A stretch of 62,620 nt of DNA, filler included, from Malassezia furfur (Eukaryota), in assembly GCA_052055015.1 (NCBI GenBank). It is 17 parts of 17 records of this genome, joined end to end, with 100 filler letters (N's around TTAATTAATTAA, not from the genome) between each part and the next. Parts side by side here need not be neighbours in the genome. Positions count along the whole stretch, not along the records: positions 7,486 to 11,117 come from JBQJIT010000748.1; positions 11,218 to 14,847 come from JBQJIT010000749.1; positions 14,948 to 18,575 come from JBQJIT010000750.1; positions 18,676 to 22,302 come from JBQJIT010000751.1; 13 more parts are not named here. One strand, 5' to 3'. Below, piece by piece: positions 9,908 through 19,925 of this stretch. A model generated the notes under the pieces. That model was not told the origin of the DNA. It saw nothing but the letters and a program-made list of their open reading frames with translations, and ran no database searches. Positions within the stretch are counted from its first letter, which is position 1. Each line of letters begins with the position of its first letter. The translations under genes and the position numbers were made by a program.

Positions 9908-11117
9908 TCGCACGCCATACGCGCACCGTCTGATCGTCGCTCGCCGACACGAGCGTCGGGCCGTCGTCGCTGAGACCCCATGCCACGCCGTTCACCTCGG
10001 CACTGCGTCAGAAGCCTCACGTACTTGGCCGCATGCGCGCGGGGCAGCACCGCCGCGCGCGCCGAACCGCGCGCCGCCGTGTCCCACACCACGACGTCGC
10101 CCGTGTTGCACCCGAGCGCCAGGAACCGCTCGTCGCAGAGCGCAAGGCGCGCATACAGCGTGTTGTGCCGCTGCGCCGCATCCCACAGCACGCGCGGCTC
10201 GTCGGGGTGCAGCGCGTCACCGAGGTGCGCATCCAGGGGGTATACACTGCGTCAGCCCACCACGCACCTTCCGTCCGTGCACGCCGCATACAGCCGCGCG
10301 CGGCTCGGCGCGTACGCCACCGACGACACGCCGTGCGGGCGCGTATTGCCGGCGCGGCTCAGCGACACGTCCGCGCTCGCGGCGCTCGGGCGCTTCGGCG
10401 CGCGCCAGTCCCAGCTGTGCAGCACCCCGTGCTCGCTCGCGGCGCTCACCAGCTGCCCGTCGTTGCGGAACACGAGCGAGGTCACACCCGCGGAGCGCAC
10501 GCCGCGTTTCGTGCGCGGCAGGCGGTGCGCGTGCGGGATGTGCACCGCGGGCGCGGCCTGCCGCACGTCCCACAGGTAGATGGCGCCGTCGCGCGCGCCG
10601 CTCGCAAGCAGGCGCCCGCCGCCGTGCGGGTCCCAGGCCAGCGCACGCGCACTGCCCTCGTGCGCGTCGTAGGACGCGACGCACACCTCGTGCTGCACGT
10701 CCCACGCAGCGACCGAGTAGTCGCTCCCGCCGAGCGCAAGCACCACGTCGTCCGCGCGCCAGTCGAGCGCAAACACGGAGCCGTGCACGAGCGGACGGGT
10801 GGTGTGCCGGACATAGGCTGCGTGAGAAGACGACGTACGTTGGTCGAGCGCGTCGGCAGGCACGCGCGTGTCGAGCAGGTGCACGCGGCCCTCGTCGTCG
10901 CCCACCGCAAGGCACGGCAGGGGGTCGTCGGCGTCGCTCGCGCGGTGCATGTACGCGACACACAGGGGGCTCGCCATGGCCAGCGGCACCTCGGATTCCA
11001 GGGTATAGGGGTACGCCTCGCGCGTCGCCATCCGCGCGAAGAACGGCGTGAGCGCCACGGGCGGCGGCGGGGCGAAGCGCGGCGCACGCGTGCGCGCGCG
11101 GTGCAGCACGGCGCTCG
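9882..11117 (-). CDS. CDT2: WD40 protein, Cdt2/DTL-like; start uncertain
   Basis: Introns 10818-10838, 10247-10267 and 10003-10024; LAVGDDEGRVHLLDT, SGARDGAIYLWDVR, LYAACTDG, HNTLYARL, SASDDQTVRVW follow the DTL repeat order. Confidence 0.75.
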
Positions 11118-11338
11118 NNNNNNNNNNNNNNNNNNNNNNNNNNNNNNNNNNNNNNNNNNNNTTAATTAATTAANNNNNNNNNNNNNNNNNNNNNNNNNNN
11201 NNNNNNNNNNNNNNNNNCGTGGCGGGCGGCCCGGCGGGCGGGAAGGTGCCGCGGCGGAAGGAGCCGCACACCGCCCACCCACGACGCGCCTTGGCCCGTA
11301 CCCTCGTACTATAAACATCACACATCTAGTCCGGGTAT

Positions 11339-14300
11339 CTATGAATGCGCATCGGTAAACACATTCGGCGAGCGCGCGCCGTTCATCTCGCGCGCATCGA
11401 GGTCGAGGTCGTAGTCAAGCCCATTCGCGCCGGTCATCACCGACGTCTGCTGCATCTCGGCATCGAGCATATCGTCGTCCACGCGGATCTGCGGCCCAAC
11501 CGCCGCGGCGTCCGCCTCGAACAGCTCGTCGGCGGTGTGGAGCGTGTCGACAACGCTCGTGGGCGCGGCCGTCTTGTCCTCGCGCTCGTCGTCCGCTGCC
11601 AGCACCAATGCGTTTTCGAGGTACGCGGCAAAGGCCACGTCGCGCTCCGTTGGCACATGCGGTGTGTTGTGCACGCTGGGGTAGCGCGGCAGCGTCTCTG
11701 AGTCGTCCACGAGCCGCGAGCCGTCCTCGCGGAAGAGCTGGATGTAGGCAGGGAGGTAGGGCACGTCGCCCTCGGCACTCGGCTTGAATGCCGCATGCGT
11801 CGCCTGCGTGTACGCCGCTGGGACCGGAACGTTGGCCTCGCCTTCGGCGGGCACGCACTTTTGCGCCGACGGGGGGAAGATGATGGGCGCCGCCTGCGCA
11901 AGCGCCTCGGGCGGCGGCGACTCGGTGAAGCGCACAGGGACACACATCACCAGGCTCTGGGTGCCTGCGTTGAGCGCAAGCTGACTCGCGCCGTACCCAA
12001 AGCGCAGCTTGACCTTGAGCTTGTGGCGCACACGCACGTGCGGGCTCTCGTAGTCGGGGAGCAGCTGCGTCGTGCCGCTGCGGCTCGCTGCAATGCCGTT
12101 CGAGGGCACCATCGGCAGGCTGAACGACAGGCGCACCTTTTTCGTGGAGAGCGCCATGCCGAACCCGTCGGAGCCGTCAAACACATACGACGCCTTGGGG
12201 TTCTCGTGGCCCGAGTGCGGCGCCGCCGAGGGCGGCGGCAGGACGAGCGACTCGGCGGGCACCGCAGGCGGCGTCGCGCGGCCGTCGTGTTGCTCGCGGT
12301 TCGACGAAAACATAGAGAAGCGCGAAAACGGAGCGGTGAGCGACTTTTTCTTGCGCGTCGCCGTGCTTTGCTGTGCACTAGGTGTGCCGCTCGGCGTGGG
12401 CGTCGGCGCGGGCGGCGCAGGCGGCGCGGGCGGCGGCGGCGGCGGCGGTGCGTCGCGCTGCTTCTTCTTGCCCTTGGCGTCGGTTTGCGGCAAGGGGCCG
12501 ACGGTGTACGAGCGGTAGCGCTCTGCGTGGTTGCGCCGGTCGGTCGGGGCAGTGCCCGCGCGCTGCTGGCGGATGCGGCCCTCGAGGAGCGCGCGGTTGT
12601 ATGGGTAGGCCGCGGCACTCGAGGTACCCGCGGGCGGTGCGTGCGGCGCACACGATGCCGCGTCGAACACCGGCAGCTGTGTGGCGTTCACGTCGCCTTG
12701 CAACGGCAGCGAGAATGCCGTGCAGTAGCTGCGCGAAAGCGTCGAGCTGTACTTTTCCATCTGGACGCACATGGCCTCCAGCTCGCACAAACGCAGGTCG
12801 CTCCACATTTTGCACTGCGCCCACAGCGGATCCAGCTCCACCTGGAGGCCAAACACGAGCGGCGCCTGCTCCTTGTCGCTGTCTGAGTGAGTGCTGGTGT
12901 GCGCGGGGACCGACAACGTGAGCTTCAGCGGGAGATGCTCGTACACCTTGCCTTCGATCACCACCGGCACCGGCAGGGGAATCTTGGGCACGTGCGAGAA
13001 GTGGCGCAGCGGCACCCGGCTCGTCATGCGCCGGTGTGTCTCGCGTTGCGCGGCCGCGGCGTGGTCCTTGGCACCGCCGCTCGCGTGCCGAATGTGCGAT
13101 GCGACGTTGTGCAGAAATGGGTTGCGGCTCGACACGCTCCGGAATGGGTTGGTGTTGCGTAGAAACGGATTCGCGTGGTGGTGCGTAGCCTCTGCCTTGG
13201 GTTCCGGCACGTCCTCGCCCGTGAACACGGCAAGCTGCGCGACGGGGATCGGCACCATGTCGCGACTGCGGCTTATGCGCACGAGGAGAGGCGAGCTGCG
13301 CACCTCGGCAACACTACGCGCGCCCGACGGCGCCTGCTCGGCGATCGTCGCCACAGCCTCAAGACTGTAAAAGGTGCTCGCGGAGCGCGACACAAACGAT
13401 GCGGGCAGCCACCCAGGCACAAACAGGTCAAAATCCACCTCGAAGCGCGCGTGTGGCGCAGCGCTGGGGAAAGGCGTCACATTGTGCACCAGCTCCTGCT
13501 TTACGTCGCAGATGCGCACGGACGAGAAGCGCGCCGAGCTGTCGACGTACATCGAGTAGCCTAGCAGGTGCACGTCAAGCGTGCACAGCTCCAACACCTC
13601 ATTGCACACGGGTAGCTCGAGCGTGACGCGGCCCGAGAGCGAGTAGTGCGACGCAACCTGCAGCGGGCCAAACATGTTGATGTGTGTCGCCATCGGCGCG
13701 ACGCGCACGACCACACGCTCGGCAGAGGAGGGCATGCGCGGCGCCTGCACCACCTCGCTGATGCCGAGCGGCGACGCCGAGCGCGGCACCTCGTCCCCCA
13801 GCATAAACAGCGGCACGGGCGTCGTCGTGCCGCTCGAGCGCGGCGACCCCGGGCCGGGGAACACATGCAAGCCGGGCGACGCCGCGCGCTCCGCATGTGC
13901 GGCGGCACTCGCGCTCGCGCTGCTGTAGCTGCGCCCGCCGCCCATGCGCGTCGCAGCCTCGCCCGTCTGTGCCGAGCCGCGGCGCAAAAAGCTAGGGCGG
14001 TGCCGCATCGAGGGCGCCGAGTCGCTGCCGGATAATGCGCGCGACGGCCCACGTTCACTGTGTGCGCCAAAGCTGTCGGACGACGGTACAGACAGGCCCA
14101 CGTCTGCTTCACGCCGACGGTCCGACGTAAAGACCATCGACGATACACGCGACAGCGAGCGGAGCGACAAGGGCGATGTGGCGCGCCGCGGTGCCGGTCG
14201 TGCGGTCGATGTCGCATCACGCACCGGTGTGCTCGCCCCAGGATAGGCGCCCGCGATGGGTGGCGGTATGTCGTACCGCGAAGAGGCACGCGCCGGGGAC

Positions 14301-14608
14301 GAGGATGGACCGCGCGGCGAATCGTACATGTCGGTGCGCGTCGACGCGCGCTGCGTCACGGGGGGGGCAAGGGTGCCTGTCTCATGCACTTCGGTTATCG
14401 ATGAGGCACGCTCGCGGGGGCTTCCGCGCATGCTCAGGTTGCGCGTGAGCATCGAGAGGCGGCGGGGAGAGGGGTTCGACCCCTCTTCCTGGGCACCTGC
14501 GCCCATTTCGGGCGACGCCGCCCCGCCAAAGGTCGAGAAGCGTCGGCGGATCGCGTGAGTGTCTCCGAACGGCGTCGATGGCAGTGCCATCGTCACCATT
14601 GGCAACAT
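11339..14608 (-). CDS. Large alpha-arrestin-like adaptor with C-terminal PY-type motifs
   Basis: SLSGRVTLEL...FDLFVPGWLPASF...FYSLEAVA (arrestin-N-like), LLPDYESPHVRVRHKLKVKLRF (arrestin-C-like), LPAY and LPRY; first ATG at 14608. Confidence 0.6.
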   Translation of the reverse strand: MLPMVTMALPSTPFGDTHAIRRRFSTFGGAASPEMGAGAQEEGSNPSPRRLSMLTRNLSMRGSPRERASSITEVHETGTLAPPVTQRASTRTDMYDSPRGPSSSPARASSRYDIPPPIAGAYPGASTPVRDATSTARPAPRRATSPLSLRSLSRVSSMVFTSDRRREADVGLSVPSSDSFGAHSERGPSRALSGSDSAPSMRHRPSFLRRGSAQTGEAATRMGGGRSYSSASASAAAHAERAASPGLHVFPGPGSPRSSGTTTPVPLFMLGDEVPRSASPLGISEVVQAPRMPSSAERVVVRVAPMATHINMFGPLQVASHYSLSGRVTLELPVCNEVLELCTLDVHLLGYSMYVDSSARFSSVRICDVKQELVHNVTPFPSAAPHARFEVDFDLFVPGWLPASFVSRSASTFYSLEAVATIAEQAPSGARSVAEVRSSPLLVRISRSRDMVPIPVAQLAVFTGEDVPEPKAEATHHHANPFLRNTNPFRSVSSRNPFLHNVASHIRHASGGAKDHAAAAQRETHRRMTSRVPLRHFSHVPKIPLPVPVVIEGKVYEHLPLKLTLSVPAHTSTHSDSDKEQAPLVFGLQVELDPLWAQCKMWSDLRLCELEAMCVQMEKYSSTLSRSYCTAFSLPLQGDVNATQLPVFDAASCAPHAPPAGTSSAAAYPYNRALLEGRIRQQRAGTAPTDRRNHAERYRSYTVGPLPQTDAKGKKKQRDAPPPPPPPAPPAPPAPTPTPSGTPSAQQSTATRKKKSLTAPFSRFSMFSSNREQHDGRATPPAVPAESLVLPPPSAAPHSGHENPKASYVFDGSDGFGMALSTKKVRLSFSLPMVPSNGIAASRSGTTQLLPDYESPHVRVRHKLKVKLRFGYGASQLALNAGTQSLVMCVPVRFTESPPPEALAQAAPIIFPPSAQKCVPAEGEANVPVPAAYTQATHAAFKPSAEGDVPYLPAYIQLFREDGSRLVDDSETLPRYPSVHNTPHVPTERDVAFAAYLENALVLAADDEREDKTAAPTSVVDTLHTADELFEADAAAVGPQIRVDDDMLDAEMQQTSVMTGANGLDYDLDLDAREMNGARSPNVFTDAHS

Positions 14609-14947
14609 CGTGCGCACACAGAGGGCCACCCGTAGCGCCCCCGGTCGTCGTCGCGGAACGAGGAGGTGCCCACCACGCCCGATCCTGGCGACCGCGTGGC
14701 CGCCCGATCGGCCGCGCCAGATTGGCCCGTGGCACGGCGCCGCAGGCGGAGACGGGGCCGGTACGCCGCGAGGGGCCACACAGGGGTACGTACAGCGAAC
14801 AGTCTATAGAAACCAGGGAGGGGCGGGGGTCGTCACCGTAATCTACCNNNNNNNNNNNNNNNNNNNNNNNNNNNNNNNNNNNNNNNNNNNNTTAATTAAT
14901 TAANNNNNNNNNNNNNNNNNNNNNNNNNNNNNNNNNNNNNNNNNNNN

Positions 14948-15355
14948 CTGCACACCGCCGCGCGCGAGCGCCGCACGCCGCGGCACGTGCCGCCGCCCGT
15001 GTGGAGCGTCGAGCGCACCGTGCGGGCGTCGCAGGACGAGGTGCGCGCGATGCACGGCCGGGCGCAGCCGCTGTCGCCCGACATGCTGCGCCACCTGCAC
15101 CGCCTTGCGGCGCTGCCCGTGCCCGACGACGCGGCGCTCGCGCGCCTCGCGCACGAGCTCGAGCCGCTCGTCGCGCTCATCCGCAGCGTGCGCGACACAG
15201 CGAGCCATGTGCCGCGCGCGCGCGACGAGCCGCTGTTTGTCACGACGCCCGCGCCCGACACGGCGCTGGCGGCGCCGGGCACCGCGCCGCTTGCGCGTGA
15301 CGCGCTGCTCGCGCGCACGCCGCGCCACCGTGGCGGGTTTTTGTTGGCGCTCTAA
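14948..15355 (+). CDS. Mitochondrial Glu-tRNA(Gln) amidotransferase small subunit (GatC/GatF-like), 5' truncated
   Basis: PVWSV...LRHLHRLAALPVP...LEPLVALIRSVRD...LLARTPRHRGGFLL resembles the fungal GatC/F pattern. Confidence 0.6.
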   Translation: MHTAARERRTPRHVPPPVWSVERTVRASQDEVRAMHGRAQPLSPDMLRHLHRLAALPVPDDAALARLAHELEPLVALIRSVRDTASHVPRARDEPLFVTTPAPDTALAAPGTAPLARDALLARTPRHRGGFLLAL

Positions 15356-15361
15356 TCGTAG

Positions 15362-16375
15362 CTACTTGACATGGAGGTAGCGCACCGCGCGCCGCGTAAA
15401 CGCGTACGTCAGACCCGTGTACACCGTGGTGCCCGCGACGACCCACTCGAGCGCGTCGCGCGTGCGCGTGACGTGCGGGTGGATCTGGTACGCCTCGGGC
15501 AGGCACGGGTACACGGTCAGCACCGCGACGAGCACGAGCTGCAGGAACGTGTTGTACTTGCTCAGGCGCGTCGGGGACACCTGCACGCTCGGGTACCGCG
15601 GGTCCCAGTACCGCGCCCACGTGCGCGGCTTCGGCAGCGAGCGGTAGCGCATGTAGAACGCGAGCAGCATCAGGTACACGTCGCGGCCCAGGATGACCGC
15701 CGCGAGCGGCCACGGCATCTGCCCGTTCGCCGTGAGCGCCACGACCATCGTCGCCATCAACAGCTTGTCCGCGGCGGGGTCCGCGATGCTGCCAAACACC
15801 GTGTAGCTCTTCCAGCGCCGCGCGATCCACCCATCGAGCAGGTCGGTCGACGCCGCAACGGTCAGCAGGCCGACGGCCCACACCGGGCGGTGCGTCAGCA
15901 CCGCCCACCCGATCACGGGGCACAGCGCGATGCGGCTCATCGTCAGTACGTTCGGCACGGTCAGCAGGTCCTCGGCGACGCGCTTCCCGGTGCTCGGCGG
16001 CGGCGGCACGGGCGGGACGTGCTGCTCGGCGCCAGGGCGCACGTCGTGCTCGGCCGCTTCGCCGACGCGGTCGACCGACGGGCCGACGGTGCCCTTGGTT
16101 ACGGCGTTGCGCACGTCGGTCGCGCCGTTCACCACGACGTCGCGCTTGGGGTCGGACGCGGCGCGGCGCGGCGCGTCCATCGAAAAGGCGGCGCGGCCGG
16201 CGCAGCGCAGGGGCCCGCACAGGGCGTCGGGCGCCGCCCATGCACCGGTGCGTGCGCTGTGCGCCGGCAGACCGGTGCGCGCCGTAGACCACAGGCGCCC
16301 CGTGTGCGCGGCAACGCGCGCGTGCGCGCGCAGCAGGTGCGCGGCTGCACCGCACGGCCCAAGCGGAACGTGCAT
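15362..16375 (-). CDS. CRD1: Cardiolipin synthase (CDP-alcohol phosphatidyltransferase)
   Basis: LTVPNVLTMSRI, DLLDGWIARR...FGSIADPAADK, VSPTRLSKYNTFLQ; presequence-like N-terminus. Confidence 0.92.
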   Translation of the reverse strand: MHVPLGPCGAAAHLLRAHARVAAHTGRLWSTARTGLPAHSARTGAWAAPDALCGPLRCAGRAAFSMDAPRRAASDPKRDVVVNGATDVRNAVTKGTVGPSVDRVGEAAEHDVRPGAEQHVPPVPPPPSTGKRVAEDLLTVPNVLTMSRIALCPVIGWAVLTHRPVWAVGLLTVAASTDLLDGWIARRWKSYTVFGSIADPAADKLLMATMVVALTANGQMPWPLAAVILGRDVYLMLLAFYMRYRSLPKPRTWARYWDPRYPSVQVSPTRLSKYNTFLQLVLVAVLTVYPCLPEAYQIHPHVTRTRDALEWVVAGTTVYTGLTYAFTRRAVRYLHVK

Positions 16376-16461
16376 CGTCGTCGCGGGCGGGTGGGGCAGG
16401 GGGGGACGGCCTCGGACGCTGACTAAGACGGCGCCTGCGCGCGAGCGCCGCTCCGCTCGCC

Positions 16462-18322
16462 ATGGTGCCGACGCAGGCGCCGCACCCCGCGCGCTTCCAG
16501 CCGGTCATCTTCAGCGATGCGGGCTCCAACCTATACCCACTGTGCGAGACGCCGACCGAGATGCTGCCCAAGGCGCTCGTCCCCGTGCTCAACCGGCCGA
16601 TGATTGCGTTCCCACTGCAGTGGATCGTCGCCGCCGGCTTCCGCACCTGCCTGCTCGTCGCGCCCGTCGCCGAGCACGCGGCGCTCGCGGCGGCGCTGCG
16701 CACGCTGTGCCTTGTGCCGCCCAACGTGGACGCCGCGGACGTCGGCACCAAGTCGAACGTCGCCGTGACCGCGAGCGCCGCGAGCTCGGCCGTGCCCGGC
16801 GCCGACACGCTCAGCTCGTCGCCGTCGTCGCCCGTGCTCACCGTCGAGCTCATCCCGTACGGCCCCAAGGTCGGCGAGACGGTGCGCAGCCTGCTGCACC
16901 CCAACGAGAGCGTGTCGCGTGTGCGCTGGGGCACCGCGCAGCTGCTCTACTGGCTTGCCGCGACGCGCAAGCTCGAGCGCGACCCGCTGGTGGTGCCGGT
17001 CGACCTGATTGCGCCGCACATGCCGCTCGCGGCGCTGCTCGGCACGCACCTCGCGTCGACGCCCGAGCCGCCGACCGTGTCGTGCCTGTTCTACGAGCGC
17101 GGCGCCGGCGAGGGCACCGGCAAGGAGCGCGAGCGCGACGGGCCGGCGAACCTGTTCACCGCGTACACGCGCGCGCCCATCCGCGTCCAGGAGGGCGTGG
17201 GCGCGTACCAGCACGGCGTGCCGAGTGCGCTCCCCGTGTACAACCCGCTGCTCATCATGGACTCGGACGACGTGTCGGACAAGAATGCGTCGGACCTCGA
17301 GCTGCGCATGAGCCTCCTGTGGAAGCACCCGCACGCGCGCATCAGCACCACGCTGCTCGACTCGTACGTGTACGTGCTGCGCCTCGCGCCGCTCCTCCCG
17401 CTGCTCGAGACGCACCCCGAGCTCAACTCGATCACCGGGCAGCTCGTGCCGTTCGTGGTCAAGTGCGGGTGGCAGACGCGCCTGAGCGAAAAGGCGCAAT
17501 GGTACGTCCCGCCGCACGCGCGCGCGGACGACGCGCTCGCGGAGCGCCGCGGCGCCGACCTGGGCGCGTCGATGCCCGCGCCGTGGATGAGCGTCAGCGA
17601 GGCACAGCTCGCGACGCACCAGCCGTACCGCCCGCGCGCCGAGATGATTCTGGCGCGCCTCCACCCGGAGCCGCAGCGCCCCCTGCCGCCCTCGGCGGCG
17701 CCCGCGGCGGACAGCGACAAGGCGCGCGCAAGCGCCGCGGCAGACGAGGCGTTCATGGCGCGCGCCAACACGGTGCCGACCTACCTCGAGTGCAACCGCT
17801 ATGTACGTACCGTGCACACTCACCCAGCTCCTGCGCCAGGCGGCCGCCGACTCGCCGCTCCTGCGGCACTACCCGCTGCCCGTCGTCGCGGGCAGCGGCG
17901 CGGTGCCGTTCGAGATGCCGCGCGACGCGGGCGACGCGGCGCCGATCCACGCGCGCGCACAGCTCTCTGCCGACTGCATGGTCGGCGCCGGGACGCAGAT
18001 CGACGAGCGCGCCACGATCAAGCACTCGATCCTCGGGCGCCAGTGCGTCGTGGGGAAAAACGTGCGCATCATGCGCTCCATCCTCATGGACGGCGTGCGC
18101 GTCGGCGACAACGCCAAGCTCGAGAACTGCATCGTGGGCACCCAGGCGGAGATCGGGGACCGCGCGCAGCTCAAAGAGACCGACGTCGGGCCCTACTACG
18201 TCGTGCCGCGCGGCGCCGAGTCGAAGAACGAAAAGCTTGTCGCGTACGACGACGACGCCGACGACGACGACGCCGACGCGTCGAGCAGCACCGCGAGCGC
18301 CGCGGACGTGGATGCGCCCTAG
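16462..18322 (+). CDS. GCD1: eIF2B gamma subunit, 2 exons
   Basis: GSNLYPL...PKALVPVLNRPMIAFPL and LRMSLLWKHP...LLDSYVY; the 25-nt intron 17803-17827 joins the left-handed beta-helix domain. Confidence 0.9.
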
Positions 18323-18575
18323 CGTGCGCCGTCGCTCGCCTCGCGGTCCCGGTAGGCAAGTACGTAGGCCTTGAGCTGCTGCCGCTCGTGCGCCTCTTCC
18401 TCGAGCTGCTGCCGCACGTGCACCGACAGCGCTGCCGTCGCGGGCACATGCACCGCCTGCGCATGCGCGCGGTGCCCGCGGCGCGACAGCAGCGAAAACA
18501 CCATGGTGTCGTCGCCGGCGCGCGCCGCCCGCGACCGCCGAGGAGATCGAGGCGCTCGAGCACGAGCAAGAGGCC
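18319..18575 (-). CDS. UPF2: C-terminus of NMD factor Upf2
   Basis: MVFSLLSRRG...VHVPATAALSVHVRQQLEEEAHERQQLKAYVLAY matches the pattern of the Upf1-binding tail. Confidence 0.65.
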
Positions 18576-18908
18576 NNNNNNNNNNNNNNNNNNNNNNNNN
18601 NNNNNNNNNNNNNNNNNNNTTAATTAATTAANNNNNNNNNNNNNNNNNNNNNNNNNNNNNNNNNNNNNNNNNNNNCGCAAGCGGTGCGTGCGGTCCTACG
18701 TGCCAGTAACGCGGTGGAGCGCAAGAGCGAGCAGACCCGCGCGCGCCGCCGCGGAGAAGCCCAAGGGGCCGCCGCACAAGCCCCGCCCTGCATACATCCG
18801 CACGTGATGTGTCTGGGCGCTTACGTGGCGCGTACGGGCCGACCGGCGCGCCACGGCGCGTGGCACGCACGCACGCGCCTGCTCGTGCGCGCGGCCCCGG
18901 CATTGGTC

Positions 18909-19841
18909 ATGGACGAGACATGGTCGTGGGCCCAGGCGCGTGCGCCGCGGCATGCGCTTGAATCGGACGACGAGGAGGACGATGGGATGGGCGCCAGGTC
19001 GACGCCGCGCGTCGTCGACGTGACGCTGCGCCCAGCATGGACGCCCAGCACCGCCGCTGCGCCGCCGCTCGTCGTGCTGCTCGGCGACGTCGGCGCCGCC
19101 GTGCTCGCGATGCACGCGCCGCGTGCCGATCAATTCTATGCGGTGGCCAGCACCGTAGAGGTCGATGGCCATGCGGCCGCATACGTAGCGCCGCCCCCAA
19201 GCGCGGGCGATGCGGCGGTGGTGCTGGTGCCACGCCCCGAATGGCTCCCGACGGACGCCTGTGCACCGCTCGCCGAGGCCCTGCTGGGTGCGCTTGCACC
19301 GAGCAGCGTCGCGGTGGTGCACAGCTACGTGCCAAGCACGTACATCGAGGAAGCGCGCGCGCCAGCGGCCGAGGCGCCGCTGCGGTTCTTGGCACAGGTG
19401 CCGGCCGGCGAGCATGCGCCCCAGCCGTGGTCCGTGGCGCCGCACGCGGCGTATGCGCCCTGGGCTGTGCCGAATACGGTGACGGGCGTGGCCGCGGCGC
19501 TCTTTGCGGAGGCCTTGCACCGCCGTGTGCCGGCGCTGCTGCTGCTGGCGCCCGACGCGCGGCATGTGCCGCCGCCCGCGGGGTGGACCCCGCAGCGGCT
19601 TGTGGTGCCGTACGAGGTGCGGCACATAGACGAGCGCGAGGCGCACGCGCGGCTCGCGCACCTCGCGCCTGCGCTGTCCCCCCGGTGGGCGCGCGAGGTG
19701 TGCGCGCTGCTTCCGCCGCCCTCGGAGGGTGCGGCGCCCTCTGCGCAAGACACGCTGCACCGCGTCGCGACGCAGTACCTGTACGCTGCGCAGTCGCACG
19801 CCCACGCCGGGCACATCGGCGACGGCGGGATGTACATATAG
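18909..19841 (+). CDS. Proteasome assembly chaperone PAC1/Pba1-like
   Basis: N-terminal PRHALESDDEED, internal PNTVTGVAAALF and a C-terminal HbYX motif (GGMYI*). Confidence 0.6.
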   Translation: MDETWSWAQARAPRHALESDDEEDDGMGARSTPRVVDVTLRPAWTPSTAAAPPLVVLLGDVGAAVLAMHAPRADQFYAVASTVEVDGHAAAYVAPPPSAGDAAVVLVPRPEWLPTDACAPLAEALLGALAPSSVAVVHSYVPSTYIEEARAPAAEAPLRFLAQVPAGEHAPQPWSVAPHAAYAPWAVPNTVTGVAAALFAEALHRRVPALLLLAPDARHVPPPAGWTPQRLVVPYEVRHIDEREAHARLAHLAPALSPRWAREVCALLPPPSEGAAPSAQDTLHRVATQYLYAAQSHAHAGHIGDGGMYI

Positions 19842-19925
19842 GAGGCTTCCGCAGCCACACGTGCAAGGCAAGGCGGTGGTGCGTCGAGGCTACCTGGGTA
19901 TGTGCTACGACCGAGCGACGCCGCG

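Noticed and set aside
19325..19925. Long C-terminal extension of CCR4 overlapping the PAC1-like gene
   Set aside because: Results from reading through intron 19990-20027; the spliced protein regains PSDH and stops at 19926.
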